Shown: piece after piece, positions 34,292 to 46,928 of the stretch
How the letters are laid out: every line of letters starts with the position of its first letter
How positions within the stretch are numbered: the stretch's first letter is position 1
NCBI RefSeq assembly: GCF_046119375.1
Contig: NW_027363092.1
Location: 186,001-250,000 of the forward strand
Source of the DNA: Phyllobates terribilis
Lineage: Eukaryota
Direction: 5' to 3'
DNA: 64,000 nt
The notes under the pieces: model-generated
What the model was told of the DNA's origin: nothing
The model's input: the letters and a program-made list of their open reading frames with translations, nothing else
Database searches by the model: none
Made by a program: the position numbers and the translations under genes

Positions 34292-37200
34292 CTATGAGGA
34301 TCCTCCAGGCCCAGGCCTATCAGGAAACTTCCTGTGGAAAGCTTTAACAAGCCTAGGAGCAGAGACATCATCCGTCCTTACCCAGGAATTGTCTTCGGGA
34401 CCGAAACCCTTCCAGGAGACAAGATACTGTAATTTCCCTCTATGCCATCTAGAATTCAAAATACGAGAAATGTCATATTTGCCGTCTTCCACCACAGGAG
34501 GAACTGTGACAGTGGCGTCCCTATCAGATATGTCTGCCTTTTTCAACAAGGAAACATGAAACACAGGATTAATCTTCCAGGAAGTAGGGACATCCACCTA
34601 ACCGCAGATGGGTTAACAACCTGAAGCACTTTAAATGGACCCACAAACTTAGGACCCAGTTTTTTAGAGGGAATCCTCAACCGCAGGTTCTTCGAGGACA
34701 ACCAAACCATGTCACCCACAGTAAACAAAACCTCCATACGTTTCCTGTCAAAATACTTCTTGGACTTCTTGTTAGCCTCTTGAAGGTTGCAATGTACATT
34801 AGTCCAAACTCTCTCCAAATCACCGGAAAAATTCTCCTCCTCCGGCACGGCCGACCCCAATTTTCAGAACGAACCAAAAGATGGATGTCTCCCAGTACAA
34901 CAAAAAAAAGAACACCCAGCAGAGGAGGATGTATGATTAAGAGCAAATTCTGCAAGAGGCAGAAACTCAGACCACACCTCTTGATTGTCTGCCACAAAAC
35001 AACGCAAAAACTGTTCAACATCCTGGTTCTTTCTTTCAGTCTGTCCATTAGACTCAGGATGATAACCAGACGAAAATGACAAATGAACTCCCAACCTGTC
35101 AAAAAAAGCACGCCAAAAGCGAGCCACAAACTGAGGTCCTCGATCAGAAACAATATCAGTGGGAATGCCATGGAGCTTGACAATCTCCTTAACCCCTTTA
35201 AAGCCCATGACGCACTAATACTCTTCTGTGCCCTGGGCTTTAAGCCTGACCCGTATTAGTACGTCATCGCGATCGCGCGCGCACACAGGCTGTGCGGGCG
35301 CGATCGCTGCCGGGTGTCAGCTGATAGTACCGGGTGTCAGCTGTGACAATGTGCAGGGAGCGGTCCCGCACCGCTCCCAGCACATTAACCCCCGCAATGC
35401 TGCGAGCGAAGTCGATCGCAGCATTGCGGAGGCAAGGGGATGTGATCGGTATACGCGCCTCCTCTTCCAGCCTCCAGCGCTGTCTGCCGCGGCTTCCCGG
35501 GTGTTGCCATGACGACCCAATGTCGTCATGACAACATCCGGGTCACCAGACAGCAGTAAGATTGTTTGGACATGCGCAGTGCATCTCCAAACTATCTTCT
35601 CCCTGTCCAGCGCTGATTGCCTGCATGGCACAGGGATGGTGCTCCATCCCTATGCTGTGCAGGCGATCAGAATTAAAAAAGTGAAAGTCCCACAGTGGGA
35701 CAAAGTAAAAAAGTGTAAAAAAAAATCCCAGAAAGTGAAAAAAAAAAAAAAAAAAAAAAAAAAATTGTAAAAATATAAAAAAAATGAAATAAAAAAAAAT
35801 AAAAATATAATGTACCCATCAATAAATATTATTATGAAACAAAAACCAAACCATAAAAGTACACATATTTGGTATCACCGCGTCCGTAACGACCTGGCCT
35901 ATAAAACTGTTCCACTAGTTAACCCCTTTAGTAAACACGGTAAAAAATAAAAATAAAAAACCAAGCAAAAACAATGCTTTATCATACCGCAAAACAAAAA
36001 ATGGAATAACACGCGATCAAAAAGACGAAAATGGTACCGCTGAAAACTTCATCTCGTCCTGCAAAAAAACAAGCCGCCATACAGCTCCATCATCCGAAAA
36101 ATCAAAAAGTTACAGCTCGGGTATGCACTGAGTATCGCGGGTGCTCGAGTCTCCGCCCCATATGCTTCGCGGCCAAAAAAACCTTGCGGGGATTGCCTGC
36201 CATGCACGAGCGATCCCCGCATGTTTTTTTTTTTGGGGTGTCTGATAACCGTGAAACATGCGGGCGGGGACTCGAGCATTTCACTTGAGCACCCGTGATA
36301 CATGGTGCATACCTGAGTACCCGATGCCATCTCAAGTAGCGAGCACTTGCGCTCAAGAGTAATGACAACTTATTCAATATGATGACCTAATGTTATCAAA
36401 TTCTGTGTCGTACCTCTGGGTTCAAAATGTTCACTATACCCCTTAATAAAATCCTTGAGGGGTATAGTTTCCAAAATGGGGTCACTTGTGGGGGAGCACA
36501 TCAGGGGCTCTCCAAACGCAACATGGTGTCCGCTAACAAATTGAATGGAAAATCGGCTCAAATTGTTAGCGGACACCATGTTGCGTTTGGAGATCCCCTG
36601 ATGTGCCTAAACAGTGGAGCTCCCCCACAAGTGACCCCATTTTTGAAACTACACCCCTCAAGGCACCTATCTAGATGCATAGTGAGCACTTGGAACCCTC
36701 AGGTGCTTCACAAATTGATTTGAAAAATGAAAAAGTGGAAAAAAAAATACTTTTTCATTTTTACGAATCAATTTGTGAAGCACCTAGGGGTTCCAAGTTC
36801 TCACTATGCATCTAGATAGGTGCCTTGAGGGGTGTAGTTTCCAAAATGGGGTCACTTGTGGGGGAGCTCCACTGTTTAGACACACAGGTGCTCTCCAAAT
36901 GCAACATGGTGTCCGCTAATTATTCAAGCAAATTTTACAATCAAAAAGTCAAATGGCGCTCCTTCCCTTCCGAGTCCTGCCGTGCGCCCAAACAGTGTTT
37001 TTTCCCCACATATGGGGTATCAGCGTGCCCAAGGGAAATTGCAGAACAAATTTTGGGGTCCATTTTTTCCTGTTACCCCTGCGAAAATAAAAAAAAAAAT
37101 TGGGTCTAAAGTAACATTTTTGTGGAAAAAGTTAAATGTTCATTTTTTTCTTCCACATTCCAAAAATTCCTGCGAAGCACCTGAAGGGTTAATAAAGTTC

Positions 37201-39938
37201 TTGAATGTGGTTTTGAGCACCTTGAGGGGTGCAGTTTTTAGAATGGTGTCACTTTTGGGTATTTTCTGTCATAAAGACCTCTCAAAGTGACTTCAAATGT
37301 GATGTCCCTAAAAAAAAAAATGGTTTTAGAAATTTTGTTGGAAAAATGAGAAATCGCTGGTCAACTTTTAACCCTTGGTTCCAAAATTGTGCTGATGTAA
37401 AGTAGACATGTGGGAAACTTTATTTATTAACTCTTTTGTGTGACATATCTCTCTGATTTAAGGCCATAAAAAATCAAATTTTGAAATTTGCAAAATTTTC
37501 GCCAAATTTCCGTTTTTTACCACAGTCATGAAGTACAATATATCACGAAAAAGCAATCTCAGAATGAGAGGGATCCGTTGAAGCGTTCCAGAGTAATTAC
37601 CTCATAAAGTGACTGGTCAGAATTGTAAAAATTGGCCTGGTCATTAACGTGCAAACCACCCTCGGGGGTAAAGGGGTTAACAAACGCGAATGTCTTGGCG
37701 TAGGGCAACTTAATGAATGGAACCAAATGACACATCTTACTAAAACGGTCCACGACCACCCAGATGACAGTAAAACCCTCAGACACAGGAAGATCAGTAA
37801 TAAAATCCATAGTGAGATGCGTCCAAGGCGCACTAGGAACCTCCAGAGGGCAAAGCAACCCCGCAGCAGGAGTATGTGAAGCCTTTGACCTAGCACACCC
37901 AGTACACTGACACACCCACTTGATGACTTCCTTCTGGCATCCAGGCCACCAAAAACTGCGACTGATAAGTCTCTTGGTCTCCGAAACTCTTGGATGACCT
38001 GCCAACCGAGACTCATGACACTCCACAAACAAATCTCTCCTAAAGGCGCTAGGCACGAACATCCTCCCATGGGGAGTGTTAGATGGAGCATCATCTTGAG
38101 CATTCAGAATCCCATTCTCCAAAACGAGAGTCCAATGCCGCCACCACAACTCCTTTCTGCAAAATGCTCTCCTCCTCCTCCTCATCACCGACCATAGGAG
38201 AGAAGCTGCAAGATAAAGCATCGGCTTTAACATTCTTAGTACCAGGGATATAGGTTACAGAAAAATGAAACCGAGAGAAAAAAAGTGCCCACCTAGCTTG
38301 ACGGGCATTCAAGCGCTTTGCAGCATCCAGATACATCAAATTCTTACGATCTGTGATAACCTGAATAGGAAATCTAGCGACTTCCAAAAAATGATGCCAG
38401 TGTTCAAACGCAAGTTTAATAGTCCGCAACTCCCGATTTCCAACATCATAATTCAGTTCGGTTTCCGAAATTTTTTTCAAAAAGAAGGCACAAGGATGTA
38501 CTCCACCTTTTGTTCTCCTGAGACAAAACTGCTCTGACCCCCACTGATGAAGCATCGACCTCAACCAAAAAAGGCTTGGTCTCATCAGGCTGCATAAGGA
38601 TAGGGGCAGAACTGAACCTCTCTTTGAGATATTCTAACGCTTCAATGGCCTCAGTAGTCCACTGGGCTGTATTCGCACCTTTCCTGATGAGATCGGTTAG
38701 GGGTTTAACAATTACAGAAAAATTCTTAATGAATTTCCTGTAATAATTGGCAAAACCCCAAAATCTCTGTATAGATTTCAAACCAATAGGCCTAGGCCAT
38801 TCCTGCACAGCCTGAACCTTCACCGGGTCCATCTCAAAGCCCTCGCTGGAGACAATGTAGCCCAAAAAACTAATTTTCTGCACAGCGAACTCACATTTCT
38901 CCAGCTTAGCAAAGAGTGAATTATCACTCAATAACTGCAAAACTTCACACACACTCTGCCAATGGGACTCTAAATCTGGTGAATAAATCAAAATGTCATC
39001 CAAATATACAACTACATTCTTACCAATCAAAGGTCTCAGGATGTCATTAATAAGGTTCTGAAAAAATGCAGGTGCATTGGTAAGACCAAAAGGCATCACC
39101 AGATTCTCAAAATGACCTACCGGAGTGTTAAAAGCAGTTTTCCATTCATCACCCTCCTTCACACGTAACAAATTGTATGCCCCTCTGAGATCAATTTTTG
39201 AGAACCACTTGGCTCCCACTAACTGGTTAAGCAAGTCAGGAATTAACGGCAATGGGTAGGAATTGCGTACGGTAAGCTTTATTAATTTCACGAAAATCCA
39301 GACATTGACGTAAACCGCCGTCCTTTTTTTTAAACAAAGAATCCAACTGTCACAGGCGACTTAGAAGGTCTAATGTGACCAGCAGCCAGGCTAATCTGTA
39401 TGTACTCCTCCAAGGCCTTTCTTTCAGGGATAGTCAGATTAAACAAGCGACTTTTGGTAAGAGTAGCACCCGGAACAAACTCAATGGCGCAATCATAATC
39501 CCTATGAGGAGGTAAACTTGCGACTCCTCCTCTGAAAAAAACCCTCCAAAAATCTTGAATAGGTACTGGTAATTCCCCTTTTTCCACAGCCGCAATGCGA
39601 CCATTACAACATTTATCATAGCACTTCGGACTCCAAGACTTAATCACATTAGTAGACCAGTCGAATAAAGGATTGTGCAGTTTTAACCAACGCAATCCTA
39701 GAACAACTGGAGAGGGTAAATTATCCAAAACAACAAAGTCCAAAATTTCTTGGTGACCTCCATTGATAGTGAGAGGAAATGCAGCAGTCTTGTGAGTAAT
39801 ACATTTCAAAGGAGTGTTATCAATTGCAAACACAGAAATAGGTGATGACAAAGGTTTGGATTTTAATTTAAGGTTTTCCAAAAACCCTTTATCAATCACA
39901 TTGTGTTGAACCACAATCCACAAATACCTGAAATTCAA
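34292..39938 (-). pseudogene. pol: Gypsy pol fragments: protease, RT, RNase H, integrase, chromodomain
   Basis: KIDLRGAYN, MPFGLTNAPA, YLDDILIYS, VDAS, H..H/C..C zinc finger, MDFITDLP, SDRGPQF, QYLVSWKGFGPEDNSW. Confidence 0.95.
35193..37676 (-). mobile_element. piggyBac-like non-autonomous element inserted in the Gypsy integrase
   Basis: TTAA|cccctt ... aagggg|TTAA; removal restores ttc gcg ttt gtt aag gag att gtc = FAFVKEIV. Confidence 0.9.
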
Positions 39939-40039
39939 TCAAATCTCCCTGCAGAGTAGTACTCCCAGAAAGAAACACTCCTGCAGAGCGTAAACAAGCT
40001 ATATGGGCGTAACTGACCTTTTTTTTTCCTTTACTTAAA

Positions 40040-40797
40040 CGACACTCACAATACTTAATCAAATGGTGAGCTTTACCACAATAAAGACACAAACTTTGAA
40101 TTTCCAATCTCTTTGTTGAGAGCGGAGTGACATCGCCTCAACCTCCATTGGTTCTCCACTGTCAGAGCAGATTTTCTGGAAACTAGGACCTGAAGACCTT
40201 ATGCTCCTGTCCACACGAACAGCTAACTGCATAGCTTCCTGCAGAGTATCAGGTGCAGGGAATGCAATTAGCAAATCCTTAACCCTTTCACTCAGACCAG
40301 CAAGAAATAAACATCTCAGTGCAGAATCATTCCATTTAACTTCTGAGGCCCATCTCCTGAAGTGTGTGCAACAATTTTCAACATCATCTGACCCCTGATT
40401 CAAACGTCTAAGTTCTGATTCAGTAGATGAGATTCGATCAGGATCGTCATATAATGGCCCCATAGCAGAAAAAAATTCTTCAACAGAACTTAAACACGGA
40501 TCATTAGGTTGGAGAGAAAAGACCCACCCCTGTGTGGGTCTTTGCGTAAAAGTGACATAATAAAACCAATGCGCTGTGCTTCATTCCCAGAGGATCTTGG
40601 TCTCAAACAAAAATATAACAAACATGCATTTTTAAAGGAAAAAAAAATCTTGCTGTTTACCATAAAAAAACATCAGGCAGTCGTACCTTGGGTTCGACAA
40701 AATGCGCTCCAGGACAGCTACTCACGTGTTGCTGAAGCTCGGCCACCTCCAGAGACAATCCCTGCAGGCGTTTAGCCAAATCCTGGATGGAAACCAT
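40040..40797 (-). pseudogene. gag: Gypsy gag (frameshifted)
   Basis: MVSIQDLAKRLQGL...EPKVRLPDVF; LNQGSDDVENCCTHFRRWASEVKWND; terminal CxxC zinc knuckle. Confidence 0.85.
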
Positions 40798-40835
40798 ACT
40801 GATCCCCGAATTTCTTCCCTTTCAGTTTTTTTGGG

Positions 40836-40844
40836 GCTGGACTT
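40836..40844 (-). promoter_or_regulatory. Self-priming PBS (AAGTCCAGC) complementary to the predicted transcript 5' end at 41187-41179
   Basis: 2 nt downstream of the 5' LTR; its complement GCTGGACTT lies 30 nt downstream of the LTR TATA box (41217-41211). Confidence 0.75.
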
Positions 40845-40846
40845 AC

Positions 40847-41278
40847 TGTTATGATCTGCAACATAAACTAAGGAAAGATAAGGGGAAAGCTGTCCCTACA
40901 GTAAGACTAAGCTGAATCCCTACAATGTAGCGGGCTGCCTGTTCCTTGTGAACAGACCCGCCTTCGTCCTCGGCTAGTCTGAACGAAGACCTATAGAATT
41001 AAGGAAGGGGTCCCTAAATGAACGAAGGACTGGAACAAAAATGGGACACCACCTAAACAGAAGTTGTTGCCGAGCACAAAAGACAAACTGACAAAAAGTA
41101 CTAGAGGTCCCAGAGGACCAAGCGAACTGACAGAGAGAGGCACCGAAGCACCTGGCTAGAAAGACAGTCAAAACACTGAAGTCCAGCAAAGCCAGAAGGG
41201 CGGAGCTAGAATATATAGGCCGATGGTCAAGTGACCGCAAAACACAAGATAGCAAAAACTAACAGGAGGGTTCTAACA
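40847..41278 (-). repeat. 5' LTR (432 bp)
   Basis: Matches 33849-34279; TATATAT at 41211-41217. Confidence 0.95.
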
Positions 41279-43459
41279 GGTTCCATGGGAAATAAAAAAT
41301 CCTGTGATACTCACCACATACTCAAATTCCTGGGGGCGAGGGGCCCAAGCGGACGGAAGCATTCTGCAAGGGAGATAGCCACAAGATCTGATGGATGCGT
41401 CTTCCAACAGCAAAGAATTAGCAGCCGTAGGATTGGCCTTACGGAAGATCCTGCCAGTGGTCAAAACACGACATCTAAGAATACTCTGACAACAAAACAG
41501 CGGTAGCCTACATAAACAAGCAGGGGGGAACAAGGTCAAGAGGTCTTATGGCAGAGTCACAGTCTATTTAAAAGGGTCGGAAAACATAAAAGCTGATTTC
41601 CTGAGCCGTCAGAGTAGATCAGGACAAATGGTGCTTGAACACAAATCTTCCAGAAAATAGTAATCTCTGGGAGGGTTCCAAAAATAGACCTATTTGTGAA
41701 CAAATTGAACAGGAAAGTTCAAAAATTCTTCTCAATGAATCCAAAAGACCTTCTTCCCTTGGGGGTAGACTCCCTTCTCCACGAATAGCCAGGAGGTCTA
41801 CTCTATGCTTTTCCCCCTCTACAACTGATTCTAGCAGTGCTCAGGAAAGTAAGTACAGAGTGGGCCTAATTAATTCTAATAGCACCCTTCTGCCCCAGAA
41901 GGTTGTGGTTCACCTGGCTACATCGCCTAACAGTAGCAACTCCATGTTTACTTCCAGAAATTCCAAACCTCTTATCCCAGGGTCCCAAACATCACCCCGA
42001 CATAAAGAAGCTTCATTTAACGGCTTGGCGCTTGAGCGGCAGCTTTTGACAGCTAACGGGTGTTTGGAAAATGTAATATCCACCCTTATTAAATCAAGAA
42101 ACAAAACAACATCGATCATATATTACAGGATATGGAGAAAATTCCTGTATTTTTCAAGGATAAATCCTTTAAAAAAACATGGGGTCCCATATGTCGGAAT
42201 TCTGTAACTCCTACATAAGGGTTGGGAAATGGGGCTAAAAATGAGCACCCTTAAGGTTCACTCAGCGGCCTTGGGAATCCTCTTTTGGAGGGAAGGTCGC
42301 GGTCCACCTCTTGATTGTCAAATTTTTTTTTAGAGCAGTCAGTCGCTCGGAGTCTGTTCCACAACTGAGAGCCGCTCCTTGGGACTTAAACCTGGTCCTT
42401 AAGGCTCTTACTAAGCCTCCCTTTGAGCCCATATCAGATTGTTCATTAAAAAATGTAACCTTTTAAAACGGCCCTCCTGGTGGCCCTTACATCAGCTAGA
42501 CGGGTGGGGGAGATTCAGGCTCTGTCAATAAAACAGCCCTTTACTCGGTTCCTGTCAGTTATTCTTTCCCCGGACCCTGCCTTTGTTCCAACAGTAGTGT
42601 CCACTTTCCATTGATCACAGGATATAGTTTTACCATCATTGTGCAAGAACCCTAAAAATGAAGGGGAAAGTGAGTTCCATACTTTAGATGTCAAGAGATG
42701 TCTATTTCAATATATGGAGTCAACCAGTGGAATCTACCTCCTTGTTTATTCTCTTCCAGGGTCCCAGGAAAGGCCAGGCAGCATCCAAAGGATCCATAGC
42801 AAGATGAGTCAGGACAGGGATTGCTCTGGCATACACTTCAGGGGGTTTTTCCCCTCATAAGATTAAAGCACACTCCACGAGGGCTGGCTCTACTGCCTGG
42901 GCGGAAAGGGCAACTGCTTCTCTGGAGCAGATTTGTAGGGCTGCTACGTGGTCTTAACCCTCCACTTTTTTCAAGCACTACAGAGTGGATCTGGATGTTG
43001 GAGATCTGTCTTTCGGAAGGAAAGTCTTACAAGCGGTATTCCTCCTTAGGGGATTCCTTTGCAATCTTTCCTTGCGTGCTGTTGTGGGGAATGGGAAAAA
43101 TGATGATTTCTTACCGTTAAGTGGAGGATGCACATGTAAATCAAATGGTGTCGCCAAAAAAATAAAAAAGCATACATGTGTGATGTATATACAAATATAT
43201 ATTTATACCTTCTCGTCTGGGGTCCCCACATGTTTACGATGCTCCGCACTAAATTCATAATGTTTGGAGATTCCATGTATGAATGTACTGTCCAAACTAA
43301 CCAAACGGGATTCCTCTGATGCTCGGCAAACCACTGAGGCATTACAGAGGGCTCTGTCTTTAAACCTGTAGGGTTTCCTGTCCTTGGGGCGGATCCCTCT
43401 CTCCTTGGGTGCTGTCGTGGGTTCTGGAAAATCCGATTACCGGTAAATAATATATATAT

Positions 43460-44440
43460 TTTTTTATCTTTTTACTGGCTTCAATAGTTCCCTTAGAATA
43501 CTTGAAGCTCTGATCGTCTGATTGCTTGTGTTACACATAGCAGGGAATGTAGCTAAATAGAGAATGAGCCTGCACCACCTTCTAAATGCATAATGACCGC
43601 ACCTGAATCTTGACGGCAAATGCACATTGTATAAACTTGCGGTGCCAGCTTTAAAATGCAGAAACAATAGTCCAATAGAGAGGAGATGATGAAAAACTGC
43701 ACTCACCATTTATGTACAAATAAGAGTCCTTTTATTTCATATTTGGATAAAATGAATGGAAAGCAGGGCGTGCGGGGAGGAGGTGGACGACAGCTGTTTC
43801 ACACTATGGACCCGCAGAAGCGCTAGTTATAACAGTGAAACAGCTGTCGTCCACCTCCCCGCACTCCCTGCTTTTCATTCATTTTATCCGAATATGAAAT
43901 AAAAGGACTCTTATTTGTCCATAAACGGTGAGTGCAGCTTTTCATCATCTCCTCTCTATTACACATAGCAGGGCTTGTGCCCTGCTATGTGTAACTAAAA
44001 TGCTCCTCTGCTGTAAATGCCGACCGCTGGGCGGCGCTCATAGCAGATCGACTTTAACAACCACAGGGATCTTCTGCACATGTGCTTTGATGCGCTATAT
44101 TCCCCGCGCATGCACAGTGAAGTTGGTAATCAGTCTCGCTGCGCAGGCGGCCGGACATATACAGGTGCGCCTGCGCCCCACAATATCCTCGCTTGCTGGG
44201 AGCAGGATTCAAATACATGGGCGGCGCCACCACTGAGTGAATGCTGTGTCTGCCCATGACTGAATATGACAAGCACGCCCCTATGACTGAAAAGGCAGGT
44301 AGAATCTAAGTATATTAAACGTTATAAAATCATTATAGCTGCACCAATTTTCATGAAAACAGCTTGTTAGTGATGCACATTGCATCACTAACAACGCTAT
44401 GGGGCAGTCTACAGGGCAGCTACGACGTGACAGGTTCCCT
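43460..44440. mobile_element. Right part of a Kolobok/T2-like element containing a fold-back insertion
   Basis: Ends tgacaggttccct|TTAA (44441-44444). Confidence 0.55.
43674..43960. repeat. ~130-bp-arm inverted repeat within an insertion flanked by a 15-bp direct repeat
   Basis: Arms 43674-43802 and 43835-43960; ttacacatagcaggg at 43531-43545 and 43959-43973. Confidence 0.8.
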
Positions 44441-45738
44441 TTAAATGCTGCTGTCGGAAATTGACAGCGTCATTTAACATCAGATCAGCCGTGTCGGGAA
44501 AGATGCGGGCTCAGCTCCGGAGCCCACATCAAAGGTGGAGACATGACATGTGCCTTTTGTTTTAGGACATTCATATAAAGCACCTGTGAAGTGGTAATAC
44601 TGCCCCACTTGGTATACAGCAGGAGCCATCACACAGCATTATATAAATATTCATTCATTATAGGTAAATTTTATCGATCACCCATGACAGCACCACAAGA
44701 GTGGATCCGCCCACCAAGGACAGGAAAAACCTACAGGTTTAAAAGGGCAGGCACTTCTCCCTTGCATCAGTTTGTTTTCTGTCCATGACAGGGGAACCTT
44801 GTGAGGCCTACCTGTATCCGTGGAGTAAAGATGAAGACAACATTTTTTTTTTCCCCAGGCCTGGCCGCCTGGTTCAGGCAGGTATCCCTTCTCTGCCTCA
44901 GCCAGCGCAGGGTCTTTGGAGGCACCACAGTGGGTCCAAGGGGTCTTTCACACGTGAGCGGCATCTCCAGGCAAGTGATGGACTGTGTTTCCTCCTCACA
45001 GTGCTGTATTACTAGCATGGCTGAAACTGGAAATAGATCGGCTCCTGGAAGTTAACGGGCGCTTACCAGTGATGCGCCCGTAGAGCGTGAGCGCACCAGG
45101 AGGAGATGCCGGGAGACCTGTTCCCAAGATGTGGGGTGTTTGAATGATGGCGCCAAAAGGCGGATGTGACGCAGGAGCCACGTGACCCGGAAATGCCGGG
45201 GGTACCGGTAGACAGCACAGAGGGCAGTATAAAATAGAAGCTGGCACCACTGCTCAGGTGCTTCCCAGCTCGCCTGTCCCCTTCAGGAGGATGGCGACCG
45301 ATGCGGAGCAGCAGCAGCCACAGTAGCTGGATGGGAAGCCCCAGGTGCAGATGCGACGTCCCCGTGCCAGACCACAGAGAGACGGAGATCTACAACAAAA
45401 AGCAGATCCAGGCAGCAAAGCTCCAGCAAGGTGGAAGAATCTGCAGCCTCCAGTGATGACATACTGTCTTAGACATGTCCTTCCTTTAGACCGGTACCAT
45501 TCGATTGCATCAGGGTGGTAAGTGATCTTCATGAAAGAATCCCCTTCTCTTTTGTCATTTATTGTCAGGGAAAGAAGTGTATGGCTTAAGCCAGGCACAA
45601 TGAGTGTGCACTTTGTAAGACCTTATTGCCTGACTCCCATCAGAGGAGGCTTTGTCAATTTTACATAGAGCAGACAGTGGCACATGAGAACCTTAATTTC
45701 GCCACTGACTTATGATCCCTCATGAAGGCAGACATTAA

Positions 45739-46858
45739 CCCCTTTCTGACATGGAGCGTAATAGTACACCTTATGTCAGATCCCCCTCCTTGGTGCTCGC
45801 TCCAGCGCTGAGCCCGCACCTTTCCGGGCACATGTTAGATGTATAGATCAGCTGACATGTGCCCGCAACTGACGTGGGTAGAATCGCGATCCACCCGCGG
45901 CTGTTAACCAGTTAAATGCCACTGTCAATCTCTAACGGCATTTAACTCGCGCTTCTGGGAGGTGCGTCATAGGCCCCACCCATCGGCGACCCCGTCACAT
46001 GATCGCAGGTCGCCGATGGGTTGGCATGACAACCCTAGGTCTGCAGGACCCCCCTCTGGTTGTCACTGCCAGATTGGTATGAGCGCCACCCAGCGGTCGG
46101 CGCTGTTAGCAAGTGAGCAAATCTGCTACACACAGGGATCTGATGATCGCCTGTGTGTAGTACAGTAGATCAGACAAGTGCTGCTTCTAGTCTCCCATGA
46201 AGACTATTGAAGCAAGCAAAAAGTAAAAAAAAAAAAGTTTTTAAAAGTATATAGAAGTTTAAATCTCCCCCCTCTCCCCATTCAAAATAAAACAGTAAAA
46301 AAAAACACATACACATTTGGTATTGCCACATTCAGAATCGTACAATCTATCAATAAGAAAAAAGATTTAATCCGATCGGTAAACGGAGTAATGAGAATAA
46401 AAATTCTAAACTCCAGAATTTACGTTTTTTTGTCGCCGTAACATTTCAATAAAATGCAATAACGGGCAATCAAAACATCCTATCTACCCCAAAATGGTAT
46501 CAATAAAAATGTCCACTCGGCACGTTTAAAAAAAAAAAAAAAAAGCCCTCATCCGGCCCCAGCTCACGAAAAATGGAGATGCTATGGGTCAGGTCAGTTT
46601 TAGCATTCAGTGAACGTGGTTAAAATAAAAAAAATCAATTGTGGAATTGTACTTTTTTTGCAATTTCACCACACTTGGAATTTTTTCCTGTATTCCAGTA
46701 CACGATGTGGTAAAACCAGTGATGTCGTTCAAAAGTACAACTTGCCCTGCAAAAAATAAGCCCTCACGTGGTCATACTGACCGAAAAATAAAAAAAAGTT
46801 ATGGCTCTGGGAAGAGGGGAGGCAAAAAAACCCAGAAAATGCTCTGGTCATAAAGGGG
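45739..46858. mobile_element. piggyBac-like MITE, 1120 bp, in E gag
   Basis: TTAA|cccctt ... aagggg|TTAA. Confidence 0.88.
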
Positions 46859-46928
46859 TTAATAAGCGAAGAGAAGAAGGATAAAAAGGGGCTAGGGAAG
46901 TTTCCCACATGTCGGATGCTTCCTTTAA

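Larger units (their letters stand above)
33849..41278 (-). mobile_element. Ty3/Gypsy chromovirus (Tf1/sushi-like) LTR retrotransposon, disabled
   Basis: TG...CA LTRs 33849-34279 and 40847-41278, perfect 5-bp TSD GGTTC, PPT agaagaggggg at ~34283-34293, gag-PR-RT-RH-IN-chromodomain order. Confidence 0.97.
27622..43455 (+). mobile_element. DIRS copy B (decayed), hosting DIRS-C and a Gypsy element
   Basis: 5' sequence tttaaaaggcggagccctctg pairs with the 3' ITR at 43330-43365; gag 27850-28650; RT rejoins across C (EPREKRI-FLGIRLD) and across Gypsy (WWTNETNLQGV-PWEIKNP); YR 42030-43050. Confidence 0.85.

Noticed and set aside
40825-40846. tRNA primer-binding site
   Set aside because: No TGG start or recognisable tRNA 3'-end complement; the self-priming match explains the site better.
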